Shown in pieces: positions 12,355-26,397 of a DNA stretch of 64,000 bases. The stretch covers positions 2,976,001 through 3,040,000 of the forward strand of contig CAWKDB010000010.1 of NCBI GenBank assembly GCA_963848295.1. The letters run 5' to 3'. The notes beneath the pieces are model-generated. The model made no database searches, was not told the DNA's origin, and saw nothing but the letters and a program-made list of their open reading frames with translations. Within the stretch, counting starts at the first letter, position 1. The number at the start of each line of letters is the position of its first letter. Source of the DNA: an uncultured delta proteobacterium. GTDB taxonomy: Bacteria; Myxococcota_A; Polyangia; Haliangiales; Haliangiaceae. Made by a program: the position numbers and the translations under genes.

Positions 12355-12521
12355 CAAAAATCCTGTTCCCTGTTTTCTGACCTCTGATTTCGCTCCCACG
12401 ACCGGGCTCTCCGTTTCGAGCTGACTTCCGATGTAGTCCCTCGGCCGCGCTCGTTCGAGCTGCGACTTCTGATTCTGCCCTCGGCGGTCTCGTTCGTTTC
12501 GAGCTGCGACTGCGATTCCAA

Positions 12522-12606
<85 letters not shown>

Positions 12607-12646
12607 CCGATGTCGTTGCGGGCTGTCGATGCTTGCGTGAGTTTTA

Positions 12647-12730
<84 letters not shown>

Positions 12731-12796
12731 CCTATCCAACGAGCGACGACCACGTAGTCGTCGCTCGTTACCTTTTTCGGGTTACGTTTACCGGGC

Positions 12797-13552
12797 GTGA
12801 TTCGCACAGCTGTTGCCGTCCTCATCACGACCGCCGCCGGCGCGTGCTCTTCCGGAGGCGCCGCGAAACCAGTCGACGAAGCGGCCAAGTCGGTCGTCGC
12901 GACGACCGCGAAAGGCTCTGCCGGTGGGTTTTCCGCGGGCTTGAGCGCCGAGCTCGGCGGCTCGGCGGGATCGGCGACGGGATCGGCGACGGCGACGGGA
13001 TCGGCGACGGCGACGGGATCGGCAGCGGCGACGGGATCGGCGACCGCGACGGCATCGGGATCGGCGACGGGATCGGCAGCGGCAACGGGATCGGCAGCGA
13101 CCCCGGTGGCACCACCTCCGCCTGTCAAGATGACGCCCGAGCTTGCCGCGATCAAGTTCGAGCTGCTGCCGAACTGGGATCGCGATGTCGCCGCGGCGGC
13201 CACGTTCTCGCTCAACGTCAAAGTGCCGAAGACCGCAGAGATGCGCACGTTCGCGTTCAACTACGGCTACGAAGACCCGAAGGCGCCGTCGGATCGCGAC
13301 GCGTACAAGAAGTGGCTCGCCGACACCAAGACACTCACCGTGACCCTCGATCGCCAGCGCGGTGCAGCGTGGTACCTCGAAGGCACCGACGGCAATGGCA
13401 AGCCGGCGTTTCGATTCCTCGTGACCTACGGCGGCAAGCACCTGATCTGTTACGGCTCGCTCTACAAGGACCCGGCGGACAATCCGCTCGGCGATATTCG
13501 CGACGAGACCGTGGTACAGGCCAAGAAGATCTGCGAGTCGCTGGCGTTGTAG
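12797..13552 (+). CDS. Hypothetical lipoprotein with (TGSA)n low-complexity linker
   Basis: Lipobox-like AAGAC, about 8 xGSA repeats, globular C-terminal domain. Confidence 0.75.
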   Translation: MIRTAVAVLITTAAGACSSGGAAKPVDEAAKSVVATTAKGSAGGFSAGLSAELGGSAGSATGSATATGSATATGSAAATGSATATASGSATGSAAATGSAATPVAPPPPVKMTPELAAIKFELLPNWDRDVAAAATFSLNVKVPKTAEMRTFAFNYGYEDPKAPSDRDAYKKWLADTKTLTVTLDRQRGAAWYLEGTDGNGKPAFRFLVTYGGKHLICYGSLYKDPADNPLGDIRDETVVQAKKICESLAL

Positions 13553-13589
13553 CGACAGACTCACCGGGTATAGTGCCGACGGAATCGGC

Positions 13590-15537
<1,948 letters not shown>

Positions 15538-15545
<8 letters not shown>

Positions 15546-15876
15546 CGGCAAAATGCCCGATTTGAACGCGCTGATGAAGCAAGCGCAAAAGCTGCAGACC
15601 GACGTCGCGAAAGTTCAAGAGGAGCTCGCGAAGACCGAGTGCGATGGCGCGGCCGGCGGTGGGATGGTCACGGCGACGGTCAACGGCCAGTTCGAGGTCG
15701 TACGCGTCAAGATCGACAAGTCGGTCGTCGATCCGAACGACATCGGCATGCTCGAAGATCTGGTCACCGCTGCGGTGAACGCCGCGGGTCAGAAGGTGCG
15801 CGAGGTCAGCAAAGAGCGGATGTCGTCCGTGATGGGCGGCATGGGCGGGTTACCGGGTATGCCGGGCATGTTCTAA
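15538..15876 (+). CDS. ybaB: YbaB/EbfC nucleoid-associated protein
   Basis: MKQAQKLQ..GGGMV..LEDLVTAAVN; located between dnaX and recR. Confidence 0.95.
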
Positions 15877-16104
15877 GTCAACGTTGACGTTGACCTGAAC
15901 TTGAACTTGAACCCCACCGTCGACATGAACGTGATCGATCTTGTCTCGAACGCGGGTCGCGAACGTCGGCCATCGAGCGGGACATCGTCGAGCGGCGAGG
16001 TGCAGATCGTGGACGAGTACGTGCACGTGACACGTGCACGTGCACGTGCACGTTCGGAACAACGTCGAGGTCGAGGGTGGCGTTCAGGTTCACGTCAACG
16101 TCAA
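15877..16104. repeat. Intergenic element with imperfect hexamer-periodic inverted ends
   Basis: Left TTGACGTTGACCTGAACTTGAAC versus right GTTCAGGTTCACGTCAACGTCAA; internal (CACGTG)n run. Confidence 0.7.
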
Positions 16105-16119
16105 GGTTTGGGCTGAGCG

Positions 16120-16719
16120 ATGGACCCGATCCGACGCTTGGTACAGGAGCTCGCCCGGCTGCCGGGCATTGGCGAGAAGTCCGCGACCCGGCTCGCGTTC
16201 CATCTGATCCGAACCAATCGGCAACAAGTTCACGACCTCGCGCAGGCGCTGGTCGATGTCACAGACAAGATCCGGCTGTGCTCGGTCTGCATGAACATGA
16301 CCGAGACCGACCCGTGCGCGCTGTGCAGCGACGTGAGGCGGGAAGCCGAGACGATCTGCGTGGTCGCAACCCCCTCGGACGTCATCGCCATCGATCGCGG
16401 CGGCCACTATCGCGGCCGGTATCACGTGCTGCACGGTCTATTGTCGCCGCTCGAGGGGATCGGCCCAGATGACTTGCGAATCGCCGAGCTGATCCGTCGG
16501 CTGCCGGGAACTCCCGACTCGACCCCGGTGCGCGAGGTCATCCTGGCCACCAGCCCCAGCGTCGACGGTGAAGCGACCGCGATGTACATCGCGCGAGTGG
16601 TCAAACCACTGGGCGTACGGGTTTCCCGCATCGCGACAGGACTACCTGTCGGTGGCGAGCTCGAGTATTCGGACCAGGCGACGATCGCACGCGCTTTGGC
16701 CGGTCGCGCCGCGATTTGA
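16120..16719 (+). CDS. recR: Recombination mediator RecR
   Basis: LPGIGEKSATRLAF, C4 Zn finger, YHVLHG, Toprim GEATA, GLPVGGELEY. Confidence 0.97.
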   Translation: MDPIRRLVQELARLPGIGEKSATRLAFHLIRTNRQQVHDLAQALVDVTDKIRLCSVCMNMTETDPCALCSDVRREAETICVVATPSDVIAIDRGGHYRGRYHVLHGLLSPLEGIGPDDLRIAELIRRLPGTPDSTPVREVILATSPSVDGEATAMYIARVVKPLGVRVSRIATGLPVGGELEYSDQATIARALAGRAAI

Positions 16720-16822
16720 AGGCCCAAGAGTTGAACGAATTCCACGAGGTTGCTACCGTGGCTCGACGGCGGACAGTCGAGGCTCAGGGGCCCCGGCGAC
16801 CCGGCCAAGGAGCCTATCGGCG

Positions 16823-17302
16823 ATGACCCAACAGCTCGTCATGTACGAGGAGGAGCTCACGCAGATCACTGCGATCTGCGAAGTCCTCCAGCGCGACTCC
16901 AACGCGAGGGCGGTGCTTGTCATCGACAAGAACGGTCAAGCGTTCGCGAACGCCGGTGAAGTCGAACAGCTCGACATCACCTCTCTGTCGTCGCTGACCG
17001 CCGGCAACGTCGCCGCGACCGGGGCGATCGCGTCACTGCTCGCCGAGAAAGAATTCGCGGGGCAATTCCTCGAAGGTCAGAAGACGAGCTATCACGTGTC
17101 GATCATCGGCCAGCGCGTCATCATGGTCGTGTTGTTCGACGAACGGTCTTCGCTTGGGTTGGTCCGGTTGCGCGTTCGCAAGGCGAGCACGGAGCTGGTC
17201 AACGTGCTCGACCAGCTCGCGAAGAAGGCGGCGTCTGGGACTCAGCCGTCGGTGTTCTCGGAGATCACAGACGACGACATCGACAACCTGTTCAACGACT
17301 AG
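16823..17302 (+). CDS. mglB: Roadblock/LC7 GAP MglB
   Basis: LVMYEEE..SLSSLTAGNVAATG..SSLGLVRLRV..EITDDDIDNLF; ATG 16823 with AAGGAG upstream. Confidence 0.95.
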   Translation: MTQQLVMYEEELTQITAICEVLQRDSNARAVLVIDKNGQAFANAGEVEQLDITSLSSLTAGNVAATGAIASLLAEKEFAGQFLEGQKTSYHVSIIGQRVIMVVLFDERSSLGLVRLRVRKASTELVNVLDQLAKKAASGTQPSVFSEITDDDIDNLFND

Positions 17303-17314
17303 GCGCGCGAATCA

Positions 17315-17902
17315 ATGAGCTTCATCAACTACTCGTCGCGCGAGATCAACTGCAAGATCGTCTACTACGGCCCCGGCTTGTGCGGGAAGACGACGAACCT
17401 CCAGTACATCTACAACAAGACGAACCCCGAGGCGAAGGGCAAGATGATCTCGCTCGCCACGGAGACCGAGCGCACGCTGTTCTTCGACTTCCTGCCGCTG
17501 TCGCTCGGCGAGATCCGCGGCTTCAAGACCCGGTTCCACCTGTACACCGTCCCCGGTCAGGTGTTCTACGACGCGAGTCGCAAGCTGATCCTGAAGGGCG
17601 TCGACGGCGTCGTGTATGTCGGTGATTCGCAGATGGAGCGCATGGAAGCGAACATCGAGTCGCTCGACAACCTGCGCCAGAATCTCCAAGAGCAGGGCTA
17701 CGACCTCGACAAGCTCCCGTACGTCGTCCAGTACAACAAGCGCGACCTGCCGAACGCGATCCCGATGACCGAGCTCGAAGAAGCGCTCAACCCGACGAAG
17801 GTGCCCGCGTTCGAGGCGGTGGCACCGAAGGGCGTCGGCGTGTTCGATACGCTGAAGGCAGTCGCGAAGCTCGTGCTCACCGAGCTACGAAAGGGCTCGT
17901 GA
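17315..17902 (+). CDS. mglA: Gliding-motility small GTPase MglA
   Basis: [41 protein letters not shown]. Confidence 0.98.
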   Translation: MSFINYSSREINCKIVYYGPGLCGKTTNLQYIYNKTNPEAKGKMISLATETERTLFFDFLPLSLGEIRGFKTRFHLYTVPGQVFYDASRKLILKGVDGVVYVGDSQMERMEANIESLDNLRQNLQEQGYDLDKLPYVVQYNKRDLPNAIPMTELEEALNPTKVPAFEAVAPKGVGVFDTLKAVAKLVLTELRKGS

Positions 17903-20130
17903 TGGCTCAGGCCGCGTTGGATCGTCCCCGGTTCCGGCAGGATCTGGTCGCCGAGCCGATCGACGACAACGGCGCGAAGTTCATCGACGTCGCCGATCCC
18001 GACAGCGGCCACGTGTTTCGTTTCTACGAAGTCGAGTACTCGCTCGCGTGCGCGATGGATGGCGAGCGCGATATCGCCGGCATCTGTCGCTGGGCGCAAG
18101 AAGAGCTCGGCGTGTCGCCGACGCGTGGTCGAAGTTCGCAACGTGATCGCCACGCTCGGCGATCTCGGGTTTATTGAAGGCGGAGCGGCCGGAGCCGCGG
18201 TGTCGGCGCCGATGCGCGCGCCCGCGTCCGCGATCGAGGCGCCGCCGCCGGTGAACACGATGCCGGGCCCAGGCATCATCGCGAAGCCGCCGACGCAACG
18301 GTCACCCGCCGCGCAGGCGCAACGCCCGGCCGCGGTCGCCGCGCACGATGACGAGCTCGCGATCGGCGTGGTCACCGGCAAGGGTCGCGCAGCACCGCCG
18401 CTACCCGCGTCCGAGGTCGAGCTCGGCCATGCCGGTAGCTCGCGCGAGGAGACCGTCGTCGACGGCGCGCCGGCCGCAGACTTTGCGCTCGGGGCACCCG
18501 GTGCGGGCGCTCCGCGCCGGCCCGAGGTGCATCAGAGCGAGGACATCCCGCTCGGGATGTCGGGCCGGATGTCCGAGCCCGAGATCGAGCGCGTCGCGCA
18601 GGTGTCCGATGTCTCGCTCGACCTCAGCGACCACATCGCGGTGGGCAAGGACGACGTCAAAGAAGCCGTTCGCCAGTCGCAAGTCATGCGCGCGGTAGAT
18701 GTCCCGAAGGATCTGCTCGACGCGCTCGAAGGCGCCGAGGAGCCGAAGCCGGTCGGCGGCGTGGCCGCCAGCCGGCAGCACCGGCGAACGCGCGGCGCGG
18801 TGCAGGCGATAAGCCGGCGACACGGCCGAGCGTACCACCCGCGCGTCCGACGCCGCCGCCAACCCCGATCAACCCGCAGGTCGTCGCCGCCGCGGCGTCT
18901 CATGCGAGGGCGGCCGACGCCGCAGCGGCGCGAGGTGCCGAAGCTGCGCGCGCCAAGCCGGTTGCCCACGAAGCCGCGAAGCCAGCAGTCGCGCTGCCGA
19001 AGCAGCCGGTCGCAAAGCCGGCGACCGCTGCTCCGATCGCTCCGACCGCACCCAAGCCGGGTACCAGCCCCGTGCTCGTCGGCGTGTTGGTCGTCGTCAT
19101 CGTCGCGGCTGCGGCGTTCTTCGTCTATCGCTTCATGTTCGCGAAGACCGAAGGTGCGGCGACGGCGCAACAAACCTCGGCGCCCGTGCAGCCGAAGGTA
19201 CCGCCACCGCCCGCGCCGCCACCGGCCGAGATGCATCCGTTGACCGCCGAACAGGCGCCAGCCATCGAGCTCAAGGCGATGACGACCGGCACGGTCGAGA
19301 CGATCGTCGCGACCGGCACCGAGGTCAAAGCCGGCGACGTCGTCGTGCGACTCGCGGGAGGCAAGCCAATCGAGGCCGACGTCGCCGGGATCGCGAAAGA
19401 CATCGACAAGAGGTATCAACCCGACGTCGACGCGGCTCAGAAGGAGCACGACGCGGTGCAAGCCGGCGGTAGCAAGAGCGCGATCGCGTCTTCCGACGCG
19501 AAGCTAGCCGAGCGCACGAAGCGGCTCGACGACGCCCAGGGCAAGCTCAGCGCGAAGAAGTCGGAGCTCGAGAAGTATCTGATCAAGTCCGCGACCGACG
19601 GAAAGGTCACTGCGAACGCGAAGGCGGGCACTCACGTCAACCCGGCCGATGTGATCGCGACCGTATCGCAAGCGCCGGTGCTTACCGCGCAGTTCGCCGC
19701 GAAGCCGGGCTCGTCGGTCGGCGAGCAGCCGATCACGCTCGTCGCGAAAGGCGGCTCGAAGTTGACGTGCTCGGTCGTGCAGCTGACCGCCGAAGTCTTG
19801 AAGGTCACGTGCCCGGCGAACGCGGCTCCGGCAGGGACGCAGGTCGCGATCGACGGCCCGGTGCCCACCAGTGGCGGTGGCGCACCAGCACCGGCACCGG
19901 CGCCTGCACCACCGCCGGCGCCTGCACCACCGCCGGCGCCCGCACCCGCACCTGCGCCGCACGCACCTCACGCACCTCACGCTCCGGCCCAGCACGCAAA
20001 CGTTCAACCCAAGCCGCGGGCGCCCGCGACCGCGCCGACCGCGCCACCTGGTCCGGCGCCTGCTCCGGCACCGGCGCCTGCTCCGGCACCCGCGCCTGGC
20101 CCGGCTGGCAGCGACGCTCCCGCGCCGTAG
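17902..20130 (+). pseudogene. Membrane-anchored protein (PqqD-like N-domain, disordered linker, TM, HlyD-like region) interrupted by two frameshifts near 18125 and 18765
   Basis: Three ORF pieces (17899-18177, 18059-19243 part, frame of 19072-20130) read as one continuous protein; ATG overlaps the mglA stop. Confidence 0.65.
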
Positions 20131-20206
20131 GAGTCGGGGCGGCGCGGCTCGACACGCGCGCCGACATCACCACGGCACCGAGTCGAGTCGCCGGCCGCGG
20201 CACCCC

Positions 20207-20231
20207 AGTCGACAAAAGCGACAGCGTCACC
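20207..20231 (-). repeat. Dispersed repeat, single copy overlapping the selenoprotein stop codon
   Basis: Minus strand GGTGACGCTGTCGCTTTTGTCGACT; its TGA is the gene's stop. Confidence 0.8.
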
Positions 20232-21231
20232 CGAGCGCGGCGAGCGCGACGGTGATGCGCGAGAACACGCCGGCGGTACTCGCGGTCGCGCAGACATCGA
20301 ACAACGCCGCATCGGAGAAGCCGGTCGCGCGCAGCGCCGCGAAGCTCGCATCACCGAGCCGCCACGGTGCGAGCGTGACGAGCTCGGCGAGCGCACGCAG
20401 CGCGTCTTCGAGCGGGTTCGCGGTCAGATCGCCGGGCGGCGAGATCGAGCCATCGCCGAGCCAGGTCGCGACCCAGCGCGCGATCAGCGTGCGCTGCCGC
20501 CGGGTCAACGGCGCATCGCGTTCGAACATGTAGGTTCGCCATTCGGCGAGCGTCGCGAGCGTCGCGATCCGACTGGCGAGATCGAGGGCGGGCTTGCCGA
20601 CGACGAGGCGCGGCGCTGCGGCGAGCGCCGGCACCGTTGCATCGACCGCAGGCGGCGCGTGCAGGACCTGGTAGTCGAGCGAGACGCCGACCGCATCGGC
20701 GATTCGGTTCAGATGGCCGAACAACGAGCCGAGCGCGATGACTTGCAACACATCGTCGCCGCCGAGGCCGTCGCCGTGCCAGCGTTCGAGGTGCGCTCGC
20801 GACAGCTGCCACGGTGCGTCGCAGACGATCGCGGCGAGCTCTGCGATCGCGCGCAGCCGCGGCACCGGCCATGACCGTCCGGGCTCGCGCGGATCCGCGA
20901 TCACCGCGAGCGCAAGGGCGTCGTCACCGAGCGCGACACGCAGAAACTCTGCGTGACAGCTCGTTCAATAAAAACATTGATTCAAGCGCGAGGTCGTCGC
21001 GTTGACCAGCTCGCGCTCCGGCCACGACAGCGGCCCGGTGCCGTTCAACGTCGACGACGTCAGGAACACCTTCGGAATCAGCTCGGGATCGAGGCTGTGA
21101 GCGACCACGATGCCGGGTGCGCCGCCGTGTGCCGGTCGATACGTCGGCGGCAGCGGTCGCTGCAGCATGCGCTCGTAGATCTCGCGCAACTTCCCGGTCG
21201 ACTCGGGATGCGAGGTGGTCGCGAGCGCCAT
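20227..21231 (-). CDS. AhpD/carboxymuconolactone-decarboxylase-like selenoprotein (334 aa, Sec at codon 89)
   Basis: ORFs 20965-21234 and 20227-20904 are in the same frame and separated only by TGA 20967-20965; readthrough gives RELV..TTSRLNQCFY-U-TSCH, the AhpD CxxC-xxx-H motif. Confidence 0.88.
20927..20964 (-). promoter_or_regulatory. Candidate bacterial SECIS element
   Basis: Immediately 3' of the UGA: a-CGAGC-ugu-CACGCAG-AGUUU-CUGCGUG-ucgc-GCUCG, a two-stem hairpin with G early in the apical loop. Confidence 0.78.
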
Positions 21232-21443
21232 CACAGCACCTTGAGCGAGTGCACCGCGAAGTGCGGCCCCATCATCGCGAAGCCCATCTCGTGCTTGTCG
21301 ACCTTGCCTTCGACCTCGGCGCGGACGCCGTCTTTCAGACCCTCGAGCTTGCCGGTCAGCCGGTAGTGGTCGCCGGAGTCGGCTTTGAGCAGCCAGTGTC
21401 CGCCCTCGACATCGCTACGCACGATCGTCCCCGTGAGCTTCAT
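21231..21443 (-). CDS. Small OB-fold-like hypothetical protein (70 aa)
   Basis: MKLTGTIVRSDVEGGHWLL...; its TGA overlaps the ATG of the selenoprotein gene. Confidence 0.8.
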   Translation of the reverse strand: MKLTGTIVRSDVEGGHWLLKADSGDHYRLTGKLEGLKDGVRAEVEGKVDKHEMGFAMMGPHFAVHSLKVL

Positions 21444-21523
21444 GACCGAAGGATAGCTCACCGCACGAGCCCTCGCGACAGTTCCCTGTCCCCGCCGACC
21501 AGACGCGGTGGTTTCGAGCGTCT

Positions 21524-23584
<2,061 letters not shown>

Positions 23585-23763
23585 CACTACTCCTAAACCA
23601 CCTGGATTCACGGCGGGAGTTTCCGGCACGAGCGCGTGTCTCGGCGCTGTAACGGCAAGGCGAGCAGATCGCTGAGCCGAAACGCGCTGTGCGCGGCTCC
23701 CAGGTTTGACTACCGGCGCCGAGGGCGTCGCCCATCCGACCGTAACCACCTGTGGAGCCTGCC

Positions 23764-23976
23764 ATGAAGAAGATCAGCAACAAGAAGCTTTTGCTCGCCA
23801 GCACGACCGTCCGCGTCCTCGACGGCGATCAGCTCGATGGCGTCGGCGGTGCCGGCGGCGCGGTCCCGACCACGACGATCTACCGCCGCAGCGCGATCTC
23901 GAACGAGACGATCGCGTGCCGCCGCGGCACCGTGCGCGCGAACGCGACCGCGCGCTGCATCCTGCCGCCGGGCTGA
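23764..23976 (+). CDS. Small peptide, RiPP-precursor-like (70 aa)
   Basis: GGAG RBS; leader MKKISNKKLLLASTTVRVLDGDQLDGVGG; Thr/Ser-rich core with 2 Cys. Confidence 0.7.
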   Translation: MKKISNKKLLLASTTVRVLDGDQLDGVGGAGGAVPTTTIYRRSAISNETIACRRGTVRANATARCILPPG

Positions 23977-24012
23977 GCTTGCGTTCGCCGCTCCCGTGAT
24001 TAGCCTGAGCGG

Positions 24013-24426
24013 GTGTTCCGCCGAGACTGGCTGCAGCGTCTGATCGAGCAGATCGCGGAGTTCGTCGGCAAGGCGACGGGCTTTATCGACAAGTCCAAGT
24101 ACGAGTCGGCGCTCGAGACGGTCGCGCGCGGCTGGGCCGACGTGCTGGGCGTGCCCCGCGAGCTCGTCGATCGGGTCGATCCGCCGACCCTCGCCGAGCT
24201 GTTGCGCGAGCCGGCGAAGATGCGCGCCGGCGCCGAGCTGCTGACGGTCGAGGCGCGCGCGTACGCCGGTAAGGGCGATCCGCTCCACGCCGCGCTGTGC
24301 TACCGCCGCGCTTACGAGCTGTACCTCGAGGCGCGGGCGCTGGATCCGACCGACGGCGACGATGCCGCGCTGCTCGAGCTGTCGCGGTTCGTGCCACCGA
24401 GCGAGGTCCACGCGCGCTACCGCTGA
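24013..24426 (+). CDS. Hypothetical helical protein (DUF6483-like)
   Basis: MFRRDWLQRLIEQIAE N-terminus; fills the gap cleanly. Confidence 0.7.
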   Translation: MFRRDWLQRLIEQIAEFVGKATGFIDKSKYESALETVARGWADVLGVPRELVDRVDPPTLAELLREPAKMRAGAELLTVEARAYAGKGDPLHAALCYRRAYELYLEARALDPTDGDDAALLELSRFVPPSEVHARYR

Positions 24427-24448
24427 GTTTCGGCGTATAAAGCCCGCG

Positions 24449-25615
24449 ATGGCTTACGCGGGGCTCGACTACTACGCGATCGACGAGCTGTACACGAACG
24501 AAGAGCGGCTCGTCCGCGACACCGTGCGCGAGCTCGTCACGTCGCGGATCATGCCGTCGATCGGCAAGCACTGGTCGGCCGGGACGTTTCCGCACGAGCT
24601 CGTGCCGGTGTTCGGCGAGATGGGCCTGCTCGGGCCGTCGCTCACCGGCTACGGCTGCCCCGGGATCTCGCCGTCGGGCTACGGGTTGATCTGCCAGGAG
24701 CTCGAGCGCGGCGACTCGGGGATTCGCTCGTTCTGCTCGGTCCAGAGCTCGCTCGTGATGTTTCCGATCTGGGCGTTCGGCTCCGAGGAACAGAAGCAGC
24801 GCTGGTTGCCCGAGCTCGCCGCCGGTCGCGCGATCGGCTGCTTCGGGCTGACCGAGCCCGACTTCGGCTCGAACCCGAGCGGGATGTTGACGACCGCGAC
24901 CAAGACGCCGGGCGGCTACCGCCTCAACGGCACGAAGCGGTGGATCACGAACGGCTCGGTCGCGCACGTCGCGCTGGTGTGGGCCAAGCTCGACGGTAGA
25001 GTCCACGGCTTTCTCGTGCCGACCCAGACCAAGGGCTTCACCGCGCGCGATATCCACGGCAAGTGGTCGCTGCGCGCGAGCGTGACGAGCGAGCTCCACC
25101 TCGAGGACGTCGAGGTCGGCGAGGACGCGCTGCTGCCCGGCGTGTCCGGGATGCGCGGCCCGCTGTCGTGCTTGTCGCAAGCGAGGTTCGGCATCTGCTA
25201 CGGCGCGGTCGGTGCGGCGATGGCCTGCTACGACGAAGCGCTCGGCTACGCGAAAGATCGCGTGCAGTTCTCGAAGCCGATCGCGGGCTATCAGCTCGTG
25301 CAACAGAAGCTGGTGACCATGGTCAGCGAGATCACGAAGGCGCAGCTGCTGTGCTGGCGACTCGGCAAGCTCAAGGAGGCCGACAAGCTTCAAGCGGGTC
25401 AGATCTCGCTCGCGAAACGCAACAACGTGTCGATCGCGCGCGACATCGCCCGCGATGCACGCGACATCCTCGGCGCGAACGGCGTCACCGACGAGTATCA
25501 GTGCGGGCGCCACATGCTGAACCTCGAGTCGGTCTACACCTACGAGGGCACGCACGACATCCACACGCTCGTCGTTGGCCAAGACGTCACCGGCCTGCCA
25601 GCTTTCGACTCGTGA
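24449..25615 (+). CDS. Acyl-CoA dehydrogenase (glutaryl-CoA dehydrogenase-like)
   Basis: ELERGDSGIRS, CFGLTEPDFGSNP, KRWITNG, NLESVYTYEGTHDIH. Confidence 0.93.
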   Translation: MAYAGLDYYAIDELYTNEERLVRDTVRELVTSRIMPSIGKHWSAGTFPHELVPVFGEMGLLGPSLTGYGCPGISPSGYGLICQELERGDSGIRSFCSVQSSLVMFPIWAFGSEEQKQRWLPELAAGRAIGCFGLTEPDFGSNPSGMLTTATKTPGGYRLNGTKRWITNGSVAHVALVWAKLDGRVHGFLVPTQTKGFTARDIHGKWSLRASVTSELHLEDVEVGEDALLPGVSGMRGPLSCLSQARFGICYGAVGAAMACYDEALGYAKDRVQFSKPIAGYQLVQQKLVTMVSEITKAQLLCWRLGKLKEADKLQAGQISLAKRNNVSIARDIARDARDILGANGVTDEYQCGRHMLNLESVYTYEGTHDIHTLVVGQDVTGLPAFDS

Positions 25616-26397
25616 CGACGGATCGCGACCCACCCGATCTCTTGATCTGCGCCGGGCTCGATCCGTCGGGCGGCGCCGGCCTGATCGCCGATGTCCGGAT
25701 CGCGACCGAGCTCGGCGTGCGGCCGATCGGCGTCGTCACCGCGCTGACCGTGCAGAGCACGCTCGGCGTGATCGGCTGCCACGCCTGCGATCCGGAGGTC
25801 GTCGGCCATCAGCTGTCGTATCTGCTCGGCGACATCGAAGCGCGCGCGGTCAAGATCGGGATGCTCGGGTCGCCGGCGATCGCGCGCGAGATCGCGCGTG
25901 CGCTCGAGCAAACGCGTGCGCCGGTCGTGTGGGACCCGGTGCTCGCGTCGTCGAGCACCAACGTCGATCTCTCGGGCGGCTCGCTCGGCGAAGCGGCGGT
26001 CGCGTTGCGGTCGCACCTCGCGCTCGTGACGCCGAACGCACGCGAGCTCGCGGCGATGACCGACCTGCCAGTCGCGACGCTGGCCGAGGCCGAGGCCGCC
26101 GCGAAGAAGCTCGCCGCGCGGCTCGACTGTGCGGTGCTCGCGAAGGGCGGACATCTCGGCGGCGACGAATCGGTGGACCTGTTGATCGAGCGAGCGCAGG
26201 TCACCGTGTTGCGCGGGCCACGGCTCCCCGATGGCGAGCACGTCCACGGCACGGGCTGCGCGTTGTCGACCGCGATCGCGGCGTACCTCGCGCTCGGCAC
26301 GTCGGTACCGGAAGCGTGCTCGCGGAGCAAGCAGCTCGTCGCTCGCAAGATCGCAGCGCCGGCACTCCCGGGCCGCGGCGCGCCCGCGATCGTATGA
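25612..26397 (+). CDS. thiD: Hydroxymethylpyrimidine/phosphomethylpyrimidine kinase
   Basis: AGLDPSGGAGLIAD, TALTVQ, VKIGML, DPV, TPN, KGGH, HGTGC. Confidence 0.93.
   Translation: MTTDRDPPDLLICAGLDPSGGAGLIADVRIATELGVRPIGVVTALTVQSTLGVIGCHACDPEVVGHQLSYLLGDIEARAVKIGMLGSPAIAREIARALEQTRAPVVWDPVLASSSTNVDLSGGSLGEAAVALRSHLALVTPNARELAAMTDLPVATLAEAEAAAKKLAARLDCAVLAKGGHLGGDESVDLLIERAQVTVLRGPRLPDGEHVHGTGCALSTAIAAYLALGTSVPEACSRSKQLVARKIAAPALPGRGAPAIV

Noticed and set aside
19880..20110. PAPAPA and TGSA (12955-13100) repeats as special elements
   Set aside because: Ordinary low-complexity protein linkers
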